A DNA stretch of 64,000 nucleotides. Source: Lytechinus pictus (lineage: Eukaryota). Under the pieces are notes generated by a model that had not been told where the DNA came from, made no database searches, and saw nothing but the letters and a program-made list of their open reading frames with translations. The stretch covers positions 23,438,001 through 23,502,000 of the forward strand of contig NC_087245.1 in the NCBI RefSeq assembly GCF_037042905.1, read 5' to 3'. The translations under genes and the position numbers were made by a program. Numbering within the stretch: position 1 is the first letter of the stretch; every line of letters starts with the position of its first letter. Shown one piece after another: positions 27,001-36,800 of this stretch.

Positions 27001-27250
27001 AGAGCAGAACAATGGCACTAACTGTGTTTGGGTTCTTAGCATGCAGCTGCTTGTGGAAAGCCCTCCATTTTCCCAAGAAATCCTTGAAGAGATTCTTTTT
27101 CACATCGCTCCCCTTCTTCTTCTGGACTTTCTCAAGGAATCCACAGATCTCTCCAAAAGGGATCTGGCTGGCAACAGATGGTCCAGTGGTCACTGCGGTA
27201 GCTCCTGCTGCTGAGGTGCTTGCATCATCTTTCTGGTCAGTACTGGCCAT
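1..27250 (-). CDS. LIG4: DNA ligase IV, spliced, 3'-incomplete (19 coding exons visible, listed separately)
   Basis: Manual GT-AG splicing gives a continuous frame with ligase IV signatures: [32 protein letters not shown], motif [40 protein letters not shown]. All exon phases are compatible. Confidence 0.96.
749..828 (-). CDS. LIG4: LIG4 coding exon 18
   Basis: tag|[26 protein letters not shown]|gtaagt. Confidence 0.95.
1148..2580 (-). mobile_element. 5'-truncated, decayed L2/CR1-group LINE in LIG4 intron 17
   Basis: Broken RT with [13 protein letters not shown] and CYAGDTQLY (degenerate YADD), L2-type C-terminus [12 protein letters not shown]...APKLWNSLP...[10 protein letters not shown], and a 3' tail gcgctatacaaat. 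Confidence 0.9.
2958..3165 (-). mobile_element. tRNA-derived SINE fragment
   Basis: On the minus strand: B-box ggttcaaacc, core tccacccaggtgtagtaaatgggtacc, tail gcgctatataaat followed by (tat)n. Confidence 0.75.
3296..3406 (-). CDS. LIG4: LIG4 coding exon 17
   Basis: tag|[37 protein letters not shown]|gtaagt. Confidence 0.95.
3803..3898 (-). CDS. LIG4: LIG4 coding exon 16
   Basis: cag|[32 protein letters not shown]|gtaaga. Confidence 0.95.
4458..4549 (-). CDS. LIG4: LIG4 coding exon 15
   Basis: tag|[30 protein letters not shown]|gtaaga. Confidence 0.96.
4590..6875 (+). mobile_element. Crypton-type (DUF3504 tyrosine recombinase) transposon, decayed, in LIG4 intron 14
   Basis: Frameshifted ORF from ATG 4876 to about 5950: [78 protein letters not shown]; 150-bp terminal hairpin at 6721-6870. 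The 5' boundary is approximate. Confidence 0.85.
4876..5950 (+). pseudogene. Crypton tyrosine recombinase pseudogene (KCTD1/ZMYM/QRICH1-type DUF3504 domain)
   Basis: Several stops and frameshifts; the catalytic HxxR motif reads YCLR. Confidence 0.85.
7449..7549 (-). CDS. LIG4: LIG4 coding exon 14
   Basis: cag|[33 protein letters not shown]|gtctga. Confidence 0.95.
8319..8495. mobile_element. Palindromic MITE (about 175 bp); second copy at 56163-56324
   Basis: Long TIRs gtttcataaagctgttcgtaagttaagagcgactttaagaacgactggtga with the reverse complement at the other end. Confidence 0.85.
8773..8832 (-). CDS. LIG4: LIG4 coding exon 13
   Basis: tag|[19 protein letters not shown]|gtaagt. Confidence 0.9.
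9027..9186. mobile_element. Palindromic MITE
   Basis: ccccattgcatataagttaccattatggta ... taccataatggtaacttttatacaatggggcc inverted ends. Confidence 0.7.
9699..9795 (-). CDS. LIG4: LIG4 coding exon 12
   Basis: tag|[31 protein letters not shown]|gtaagt. Confidence 0.95.
10285..10520 (-). mobile_element. Old tRNA-derived SINE copy
   Basis: ctcaacccaggtga core and B-box-like ggttcaaatcc on the minus strand; similar to 19215-19470. Confidence 0.6.
10616..10662 (-). CDS. LIG4: LIG4 coding exon 11
   Basis: cag|[15 protein letters not shown]|gtaaat. Confidence 0.9.
11141..11206 (-). CDS. LIG4: LIG4 coding exon 10
   Basis: cag|[21 protein letters not shown]|gtgagt. Confidence 0.95.
11571..11651 (-). 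CDS. LIG4: LIG4 coding exon 9
   Basis: tag|[26 protein letters not shown]|gtgagt. Confidence 0.93.
12082..12876 (+). CDS. LINE ORF1p (coiled coil plus L1-type RRM/CTD), intact
   Basis: [23 protein letters not shown] and VSEDFS motifs; first ATG at 12082. Confidence 0.9.
   Translation: MPFKRTLATPEKGISEPPKKSSASSGSHSEVQPGGSGGTVGDQCAPEWFTCFLQKFSKLEEKIDNLVIKRLEVIAQKAQMNEEKIEACGVQLNEVVAEVRKLRSEKEELDAKLDDLENRARRNNLILHGIPEVKKEVCETTIREFLSGFVGVSESDFTIERCHRTPTVRREGHDDSKPRIIHIAFTSYVMKEKVRKASIAKLKEAGLYKGSRVFVSEDFSQKVLNKRREKKEQRLQLKAEGKKPFFMYPARLAYRDKDGRLIIV
13435..17190 (+). pseudogene. LINE ORF2 (endonuclease-reverse transcriptase), disrupted
   Basis: [65 protein letters not shown]...HLFCEC, spread over several frames with in-frame stops near 16595 and 16775. 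Confidence 0.93.
18241..18347 (-). CDS. LIG4: LIG4 coding exon 8 (adenylated lysine, motif I)
   Basis: aag|[35 protein letters not shown]|gttagt. Confidence 0.95.
18964..19068 (-). CDS. LIG4: LIG4 coding exon 7
   Basis: cag|[35 protein letters not shown]|gtgagt. Confidence 0.95.
19215..19470 (+). mobile_element. tRNA-derived SINE copy
   Basis: ctcaacccaggtgaacctgggtacc core and a (att)-rich tail. Confidence 0.6.
19665..21540. mobile_element. Non-autonomous hAT-like DNA transposon (1.9 kb) in LIG4 intron 6
   Basis: TIR tagtgctg(t/c)a...tgcagcacta, perfect 8-bp TSD tcctgaat (19657-19664 and 21541-21548), subterminal (ccgaa)n arrays. Confidence 0.92.
22693..22785 (-). CDS. LIG4: LIG4 coding exon 6
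   Basis: cag|[31 protein letters not shown]|gtagat. Confidence 0.95.
23095..23320. repeat. Degenerate (CAH)n trinucleotide repeat
   Basis: caa/cat/cac runs; explains the low-complexity ORFs here. Confidence 0.9.
23357..23507 (-). CDS. LIG4: LIG4 coding exon 5
   Basis: cag|[14 protein letters not shown]...[15 protein letters not shown]|gtacaa. Confidence 0.95.
24013..24437. mobile_element. Non-autonomous DNA transposon with internal ~20-bp repeats; inverted copy at 60910-61266
   Basis: GG...CC termini, near-perfect 8-bp TSD atcaaaat/atcaaaac, internal gtccaa/gaccaa tandem units in inverted halves. Confidence 0.8.
24660..24724 (-). CDS. LIG4: LIG4 coding exon 4
   Basis: cag|[21 protein letters not shown]|gtatta. 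Confidence 0.93.
25174..25630 (-). mobile_element. Putative non-autonomous Crypton-like element in LIG4 intron 3
   Basis: Terminal hairpin atattggatggcc...gtgggatgcg..gaaatatt / aatatttc..cgcatcccac...catccaatat resembles 6721-6870; aatattggatgg is repeated at the far end (25613-25624). Confidence 0.6.
25811..25909 (-). CDS. LIG4: LIG4 coding exon 3
   Basis: tag|[33 protein letters not shown]|gtaaat. Confidence 0.95.
26340..26417 (-). CDS. LIG4: LIG4 coding exon 2
   Basis: cag|[26 protein letters not shown]|gtaata. Confidence 0.95.
26560..26722. mobile_element. MITE (related partial copy at 9371-9530)
   Basis: ggggagcatttcat...atgaaaggctcccc termini. Confidence 0.7.
27023..27250 (-). CDS. 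LIG4: LIG4 coding exon 1 (MASTDQ...HAKNPNT)
   Basis: ATG at 27250, acceptor tgtag 6 nt upstream of it, donor gttagt; [18 protein letters not shown] matches the ligase IV N-terminus. Confidence 0.9.
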
Positions 27251-28714
27251 TGGTACCTACACATAGAGATTAGTAACATGATCTACAAATACATATTGTG
27301 ACCTTAATTTGTGCACAACCTTTTTGCAAAGCTTGTAGTAAAGAAATCAAGCAGATAAAGTTAGGATAATTGTATCAGATTGAGGTTAAAACGCGAATAA
27401 GTCGGTTGGTATCACATATTACTAAATTGCTATGTTTGAGACCTCTGCTTGCAAAATGGCGATTTCTTTATAGCATGATGATGCTTGCCAATATTTCAAA
27501 AATTTCATCTTTTCCTAATGTTAAAGAAAATTACTAACAATAACATGTCATGACTAACGTTAGGCCACTTGTTCACTGCTACCACCCTGCCTGTGTGGAA
27601 TCTAAATGTAGATCTATGCAGTGTACAACACACATTTTAAGAATTCATTAAAATGCCACTTTGTAACAAAAAATACTAATTTTTTTATACGTTTGCAATC
27701 TATTTTTCATAAGTAACGTGGGGATGATTTTTGTATTCACCGGAGCTCGGAGCACTAAAAATATTCAACTTTTGGCATATTTTTGTGCAGGCCCTCTATT
27801 GGTGAAAAATAAAAATTCAAGAAAATTGTCATTTTTCAATCTCTAGACCTCTATCTTCAATTTAGAAAAAGTAATTAAAAGGCTTCAATTTACTTAAGAA
27901 CCAAGTTATTTGATGAACAGTTGTAATGGAAACTGACAGTGTAAAAACATCAAGCATTTGTCTCACACTAGTGCGAGGTTAGTATACAAATAATGCACGT
28001 AAGCGCGTACATGCAGGGCAAAATAATGTGCGAGAAGAGCCAATGGATATACCGCACCGAGGTCCGCAGGACCGAGTGCGGTATATATCCATTTGGCTAG
28101 CCGCTACTCACCGGAAAGAGCCCCAGTGAGTAGCGAGGAGTTTCAGCAAATATTACTTATGTAATGAAGCAATGTTTGCCGACTACATAGAAATCCAGGG
28201 CCAAACGCGGTTCGGTGTACAAGGGTAGTATACCCAGTTGTTGTGTGTCTGGACAGGTTGTGTGTAGCCTGTACTCTGGAGGCTCCTGGAGAGTACAAAT
28301 CAGTTTACTATAGGTAGGCTTACTCTCCACGAAACCTGGGACGGCATGCCATTGCTCCATGCGCACCAAGTATTTTGGAGACAACAATGTTGCTCCAAAG
28401 TACTAGTTTTCTCTTAGTTTAAGCCAAAGGTTTTGAGCCCAAACTAAAAAGACATATCATGGAATAAAATGTAACACAAATTATAGAAAATATTATAAGT
28501 AGAGAGGCGTTTACTTACAGTCTGTTATTGTCACCATCTTGCCGTCTTTGTTATCGTAGCCAAAGATACTAGACGCGTAAAGAGGGCGACAATATCATGA
28601 GCAGTGCCAACTTAGATTTAAAAAAATACTTGCGTTGACCGACGTATATCATGCATTGTAAAATACTTGCATTGGCCGATAAATATCATGAAGTGTAATA
28701 TATTAGGCAGACAT

Positions 28715-29304
28715 GGGAACTCTCCAACATGGGGTTGAATGGGGTCGCAATTGCACTCCAAATAAAAGTGAAAAAAATAAATTATGCACTTAGGAGTTAG
28801 GCCTACCTCGATTATATAATGATGGATGAAGATCTAGATCTATCCACTCACATGCATTGCGAGGTTAGCACTACTAGTACTACTACTACTACTAGTACTT
28901 TTAGTAGTATACTAATGATCTATCATCAGTAGAGGCGCACGGCCAATATGGGAGAAACTCTCCAATATGGGAGACTACAATCTCCCATATTGGATTTGGA
29001 GACTTGCTTTGCAAAAGAATAAAAGAAACGACACCAACAAAAGTCAAAAGAATAATTTTTTCCACCCAAAAATTTTGTCTCATTGACATTGTCATAATTG
29101 AGGTCAGAACAGAAGCCCATTCGTTTTGTGTGTGGATAACAAAAAAAATCCTAATCAAAACAAAACAAAACTCAAATTAAAGTAGACAGTGAATTTTTTA
29201 AGACTAGTCTAAGTAGACAGTGAAAAGGGGTAATTTTTCATGAGGAATCTGCTTATCACATTTTGCTATTGCGATCCCATTCTACCCCATTTTGGAGAGT
29301 ACCC
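28715..29304. mobile_element. Non-autonomous TIR element (GGG termini, PIF/Harbinger-like)
   Basis: About 36-bp imperfect TIR gggaactctccaacatggggttgaatggggtcgcaa / ttgcgatcccattctaccccattttggagagtaccc. Confidence 0.65.
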
Positions 29305-29388
29305 GGGGCCGGGCCTGGGCCCTGGCTCTGCCCTGCTAGGCTAATAATAACACGGACAAGTCCTGGGCTCCCTGCTGTTAGTTACATG

Positions 29389-29520
29389 TACCTCGCCCGG
29401 GCGAAGTTCGTGCAGGTTCCACTCCACTACCGCTACACTACGGTCTACGCTCCACCTTCGGGTGGATGGAGCGTAGTGGAGCCTGGCCTGGCTGCACGAA
29501 CTTCGCCCGAGGACGAGGTA
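29389..29520. mobile_element. Small GC-rich palindromic MITE
   Basis: tacctcgcccgggcgaagttcgtgcag ... ctgcacgaacttcgcccgaggacgaggta. Confidence 0.65.
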
Positions 29521-31571
29521 CCGGTACCGCACCCAAGGGTTCATTACATGCCGCAGCTCAGCGCACAGAAAAATCAAGCCATAGGCCTAGAACTTAGAAG
29601 TCGTGTGTTGTGGACACCAGAAGTGAGATCCCCGCACTCGCGACCCACTAGTTAGAAATCCACTGCCAAACGCGGTTCATGGTAATATACCCAGTTGTTG
29701 TGTGTCCGGACAGGTTGTGTGTCCAGACGATCAATTTTAGAAAGTCATTTGGAAAAATTTACAAGGAAAGTTTTAACTTTTAATTTGTTTTGTCAATTTT
29801 TAGTACAAAATGTCAGGAAATATTATAGAGAACAAAATAGAAGATGATTACAACTATTGATTTCGTATTTGTAGTGTAATCCAATGACAAAAAAGAAGGC
29901 TTCAAAAATATAAAGTGTCCGGACACCCGATCCCCCATCCTACTAACCTCGCAATATGTGTGAGTGCCGGTACCGTACCTGTCTGTTGTTATATTGTTAT
30001 TTGTTACTTAGTGTGAGTCTGTGACTGTGAGACTGAGAGTGAGTGGACGTGGGTCTATCTACGAACGACGTTTGTTATATTAATAATATATCATGTACCT
30101 TATCAGTCTAGTATTGACTAATTGTCGAGCCAAATAACTTTCTTACCAGCTTACCTTGTATCAAATCTTATTGACTGTAAAGGTCAATCATAAAATCGGA
30201 GTGAAATCTAGTACGACTATGTAGAAAATTAGACATGGGCGCTGACATGTTTGTAAAATATATTTTCGAACGCTAGCTGGCGCTAAAGCACGATCACTCA
30301 TCTCAACGAATTTCACTTCATCGATGATCACTTGCTGTCTTTGTCAAGGAATACAAAAAATAAAGAAATAAGATGGAGTGAGAAAACGACCATTGACCAA
30401 TGAAATGTGACCTTGATACAATTTTTTTACTAATCTTTCTTTTATCGATTCTTCCCCCAGTCTGACATTGATACTCCCGCACTCTTCAATCAAACCTAGT
30501 ATACTGTATACCAGTATATAATAGCGGGTATAAAATAATTTGTCAGTTGATAAACTGAAGCTACCATAAAAACCAATTTTCTTTCTTTTATTATTAATTT
30601 TTTTAAATAGAAAATGACATTTCGTTGATTTTTTATTTAATTCACGATAGGCCTACGTGGGAAGTTGCTCGCATATGACGTCACAAATTAAGAATTAAAA
30701 TTCTAATGACTTATTGATGGATTTGATGGATTTTCCTCAAACTTTCACAAATATATTTTTCCTCCTATAATGATTTACAAAATATATTTTTAAAACTTTT
30801 TATCAGGATGAACTTCCCCTTAAACATTGCCACACCACATGGGATGATGTATACATTAAATGTAACTTCATTCCTTCTCTGCAAAGTCTTGTATTATACA
30901 AGACTTTGCAGAGAAGGAATGGATTTGTGTGCGAGGGAGCGTAGCGAATGAGCAAGAATTTACTGTTAAAGACGTAATGTTGGCCTATAATGATATATGA
31001 TAATAAAAAAGTAACAATATATGATTTCAAAACTATTATTCACAGGGCCGAGGTCAAGAATCTCGTAATAATAAATATGCCAAGAATGGGCCTACGCCCT
31101 CTATATAAAACATTCAAAGTTTATAGTTCTCGAACTTTGGATTCAGTGATATGACGGGGGTAATTTAGTCGCTTAGACCATGGAGCTATTAATAGCTCTA
31201 TGCTTAGACAGTATACTACGTCAAAAATGCCATATAAATCAGGCCTTATCAGGGCCCTGTCCACGTATTGTTCGGTGCTGAGCATTGTCACACCACACTC
31301 AACAACAATATGGAGATAATGCTCCATGGTATCATCATTCCTAATAAACTTTTTTTTCAGAAAGAGTGGGGGGGGGTAATATTCCAAGGGGTCAGAAAAA
31401 TTAGGTTTTAACTGTATATCACACTGTGATCTTATCAGGCATGTATGCTACAGATTTTCAAGTAATTTCTTAAAATACTCGTGTTATTTTTCAAGTGTAG
31501 CTGCTTAAAGATTTTCTAACATAGAATGTCTGTGAGCAGCTACTGCGACTGGGTATAAATTATTGTCTTAA

Positions 31572-32330
31572 CCCTAAAAAGACTGGGGGGAGGGGGCTGA
31601 TTCAGCCCCCCCCTCGACATTTTTCGCGATAAATCTGTAACGCGAAAAGCTGGCGCCGCGCAGTTCCATTACTTTTTTCTTTCAAGTCTTGCGCAACTTT
31701 TGAGACCAAATTTGCGACACCCGGGTACGTGGTTCCGAAATTACGCAACATTTTGTAAGTGCATGGCGACCCGAAATTGCTCAAAAACGTGAATTTGTGT
31801 ACAAATCCAATGGAAATTGTGTTTTTAGCTAAAATTCATAAATGTATCATTATTTTCAATTTTACTAATCAAACTCAATTAATTTCATCTTGTTTATGGT
31901 CAAAATAAAGTAGCGGACGATTTCCATTGAAAAAACAATAAAAAACAAAAAGTCGAAAAACAAAGAAATACATAAGAAATTTTAAAAACAATAAAATACA
32001 TAAGAAAAGAATTGAGATATTGAATTTTTTAAAAAGAAAATTTGATCAGAATCCTTCAAAGAGTCTGTGAATCAAAAATTGGCAGTTTAGAGGCCTTATT
32101 TAGTTAATTAGAGCAAATCTTTGATTTTACGCATAAATTAGCATAATTAATGAATTATGAGATTTTTCGGAAAATTTGATCCTACAGTCTTGGAGATTAT
32201 GCCATGGGTAATGCACGTGCCAATTTTCATCGCGATCGCGCGGTCGACGGCCGAGATCATAGGGGGGGGGGGCTGAATCAGCCCCCCCCCCAGTCTTCTT
32301 AGGCATCAAAATAGCCCAGTCTATTTAGGG
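31572..32330. mobile_element. Non-autonomous piggyBac-like element
   Basis: TTAA TSD on both sides, ccctaaa(a/t)agactggg TIR, internal inverted gggggctgattcagccccc. Confidence 0.9.
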
Positions 32331-33835
32331 TTAAGTAGGCACGTCAAAGCGAAGCGACCAAGCAAGCAAAAAAAAAAGAGGACAAAATAAATATGAAAAC
32401 TTACAATTTTGCGACATAGTTTAACACAATATCCAGAAATGTGAACAAAACTATACCTTGCTCATGGACACCACCTAACCAACCATCACGCTCTTCGCTC
32501 GCTCGCAATAATGAAAATACAAATTTGACAGCCCTTTTAACTGGATGCGGTGACCTCAGACATGTCAGAGACGTTTTTATGATCATAATGATGGGGTTAG
32601 ATTTTAATTAGCATTCAACATTTTCGGCAGACGTAATGGCAGGGAGTTGGCAAAACCAGGGGGTGTTATAATTTTTAAACTCTATCATGAAAATGTAATA
32701 TTTAAGGCATATTTTGGGCTGGGAAACTATGACAAAATACTTATTTAGGCTAGGCCTACTCTGAGATCGAAGAATGTTTACTTGTTTCATATGTTTATGG
32801 TCATTTCTGGCTTTAAAATATTTTCATTCTTTTTTCTTTTTATTTCCAGTGACAGTACAATCATGGCAATCAAAATGACAAAATACGCATCAAGGTATAA
32901 TCAAACAATATAGATGAAGATTTATGACTCACTTTTATGTTGCATATAATTTATCCTTTCCTACTTTCCATTCACTGAAAGAAATATTAAGCGAATGAAA
33001 TGGAACAGAAATTTATATCCAAGAACGAGCATGACCCCCCCCCCCCCATGCACAACGTCCGTCCCCGGGCTTGCACCCTAACAATGTCCATTCAGATGAA
33101 AAGAACAAATATGTCGATTATTAAGGACCAAAGTTTATATCATTAGGCCTTGATACGGACATTATTTTGTTTTATCTTTTGTATTTACAGAACGTTGTGA
33201 TGAACCAGAACATGACCGTACACGGAATTTTTTTTTCCAAGGGGGGCGGGGGCGTATAAACGAAATTAGGAGAAAATCGAAAGCGAGGTAGTGAAGCCAC
33301 TTATAGGCTTGTCAATTTTAGGGCGCCTTTGCATTTCTAAATCGATAATTGAAGGATTTCTTGTACATTTTGTGTGATTTTTGTTTTGAAAATAATTTTT
33401 CAAAATATCTGGGAGGCCACTGCCCCCCTGTGTACAGCCATGATCCCGATGACATAAGAATGTGTTATACCCTCAACCTATACTTTAATGTGTGGACACA
33501 ATGCGACCGAAGGGCCATGCAGGAAAGGAATCAACCGATATAATTCTAGTCATGATTTCACACATATTTTTGTTTGCCCATCTGCCACAATAATTCAACC
33601 TGCCAAATCTGTCAATATATCAACGAGTTGGTCGGTATTTAAACATTCGCATGCCATCAGATTTTGTCAAAATCATTAATTCGATTGATTACTCTGGAAA
33701 AACACGCCACATTATGCATCTGCTTCTAATAATAGATGTTTGAATTTATTCATCATTCAGGCGCTTCTTTCGTTTCATCATTTTGACTGGATATCAGGGA
33801 ATGTTTGTGTGTATTCACGCGTTTCAACAACCAAC

Positions 33836-36800
33836 ATGAAAGATAATCTAAGCCTATCTAAAGAGAATAACTCCTCTCAAGTTTCCGAACCAATTGAGTC
33901 AGAAAAGGACTCGTCACCAACAGTCGACGTCAATGTTCGTGACGGCAAAATCGACGAGACTGGACCACGAGCATGTCTCGTGATCGTGTCCCTCTTCACT
34001 ATCGGATTGCTGGAATTTGGCATCATCAAAGGTTTTGGCGTCCTGGTCGATGAACTCGTATTCCAATTTGAAACTGAGATTGCTACTATTGGCTTCATAC
34101 TTGGTCTCTCTAATGGTATATCCTACCTGTTAGGTAAGCGTGCAGTTGGGGGAGATGAGGCTATACACTGTTAGAAAATTTATCCTTAAAATAAAAGAAG
34201 TTCCTGCAGCAGAGTCTCGAGAACACCTGTAATCTTACCAGAATGCGTAATCTTACAGGAAATTGGTATTTGGTGTATGGAATCTTACAAATTTCCTTAA
34301 ATAAAACACCCTTTTCCCCTTTTTAAACAGACCTGTTCTATTAAATCGCAGAAAAATTCCTGTTTTATGAATTTACAGAATGATTCTGTTATTGCTTTCT
34401 GCAAAATCTTCTTTTTCTGTAAAATCACGGTTTTTTTAACAGTGTATAATCGTAATGCTTTTTGAAGAAAAGAAATATTAAATATTCCATTACCAATAAT
34501 GACCGAACAAGATAAAAATACAAGCAAGCAAAATTCTTTATTTCGACGTACCCCCTCCCCCCCCCCCTCTAAGGGCCAGTGATGTGACCACAGGCAAAAG
34601 GTGAAGTTGCGGCCCCTAGCCGCTGCATGATTATGGTTTCTTATTTCATGTATATGTGTAGTATCAGGGGCGGCTTAATGTATTTTCGTTGGGGGGGGGG
34701 CAAATTAAAAAAGGCATTTATATGCCAAAAAGGGCATTTTGGTGCAAACGGATATTTTCACCATGAGATTATTATCCGTGTAAAGCAGTTGTTTGTTTTG
34801 TAGTAATTAAGTTGAGCAAAGTTTTTTTAAGTGATTTCTGATTGATATATATTTAGGTTTTATTTTTTGCTTGGAAAAAAATTCAAATCTGAAGTTGTAA
34901 AACTCACTTTTGGTCAATTATGGACCTAATTACTACCAAGGGCATCTATGTGAGATGTTGCAAGCTTGAATCACGAGCTCAAACCTTTGGAAATTTCATG
35001 TAATAAGACATAAAACGTAAACATTCCGAGCAGTTTTTGTAATCATGAGAAAAGGATGTGAATCTAACTAAAGAATTAACGCGAGCGCGAAGCGCGAGCT
35101 GAAATTTTTAATATACTGACCAGAAAAGGAACCTTTAACGACTGTATTTGGTGACTCATGAATAGGATACGCAATCGAATAATGCGAGCGCGAGCTGAAA
35201 ATTTGTGATATTATAACCAGAAAACTGGACATTCTATAGGCATTTTATTTAACAAGGATCAGAATGACTACCTTAATATACATATTGATGCGAGCGCGAA
35301 ACACGAGCCAAAAATATGTAATATTCCAACCTGAAAACTGGACGATCTGTGCATTTTGTAACCATGAACGGAACGTTCGAATACCTTATACTCAACAATA
35401 ATTGATGCGAGCGCGAAGCGCGAGCCAAAACAATTGTGATTTCCTAACCTAAAAGGTATTGTGTTTTACTTCAAAAAGGGTATTTCATTTTGAAAAGGGG
35501 CACATTAAATTTTTGAAAAGAGGGCATTTTCCATTTTGAAAAAGGGGCATTTTTTCCTACGGGGAATAGGGGCGGGGGCCGGGGCAACCCCCCGGTTCCG
35601 CCGCCCCTGTGTAGTATCCGTTTAAGAATGAGATTTTACAGGCTTCCGTCGCATCGAATCCGTTTTAAGAATGAGATTTCACTCTTCCGTAATATCGATT
35701 CCGTTTTAAGGATGGCACTTAACCCTCCCCATCACATCGATTCTCTTTTATGAATGACATTTCACCCTAATTCCGTCAAAACCACTCGGTTTAAAAAACG
35801 ATATTTTACCCTTCCGTCGCATCGACTCCGTTTTATTGACAATTCAACCTTTCGTAACATCGACCACTTATTAAGAATGACCTTTCACCCTAACATCGAT
35901 CCCGTTTTAAGAATGACATTTTACCCTTCCGTCATATCGACTTCGTTGATGGATTAAATTTCAAGGTTCATTTCGATGAAATGCAGTTTTCAAGAGAACT
36001 CATGCAATTGACACTCATATCATCGGAACAAAAATTGAATGAATAAATAAATAGATATTTAAAAACAAGCCAAAAACTTTATCGTCGGCCATATATTTTG
36101 GAAGAAGTCTGTGATAAAATATAAATACCTTGTTATGTTACTTCTTAAACAGCTCCTTTCACGGCACCATTATCAAATCGACAGGCGATAATTAGACCAA
36201 TGATGATGTTTGGAAGTGCCGTCATGGGCATTGCAATCTCTCTTGCTTCCCTTGCTTCTGGTGTAGTTGGGTTTTCTATCGCCATGTTTACTTCAGGTGA
36301 GACAATACAGACATTTTCTTTCGAAATAATTTGTTGAGAATTCTTGAATTTATATTTTTTTATTGTGTAGTCTTGGAGGCTGAGCAAAAGATATATAGTA
36401 TCTCACAAAATACCGCATCAAATGCGTGTAACTGAAAGAGACTGTGATTAAAAAAAACAACCACGAAAATTGATGTCGGCACCTTTCTATACATTCTCCA
36501 AAGTTCATGATTACCAAATTATGATCAAGTTTAATTCTCTAAATTATCATCATGATCATTTTGTGCAATGTATGTCTTTTAAAATTCATTGCAGGGGCTG
36601 GATTTGCTTTGGTCTCGCTACCTTCTATAGTTGTCTGCAATCGTTATTTTACCAAACACTTCGGGGTTGTCGTAGGGATCACTGAAAGCGGTTCTGCCCT
36701 GAGTCTGGTCTTTCCCCTGATGACTAAAATGTTACTGGATGCTACTGGTTTGAAGGGAACCATCCTTTTACTAGGAGGGTTGTCTTTGAACATGGTTGTT

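Noticed and set aside
28972..28988. ZNF143/SBS-like motif gactacaatctccca as a bidirectional promoter element
   Set aside because: Imperfect spacing, and located within a transposon-derived hairpin.
32863..32894. Upstream coding exon (MAIKMTKYAS) for the transporter
   Set aside because: Phase is incompatible with the acceptors at 33760 and 33797; at most a 5' UTR exon.
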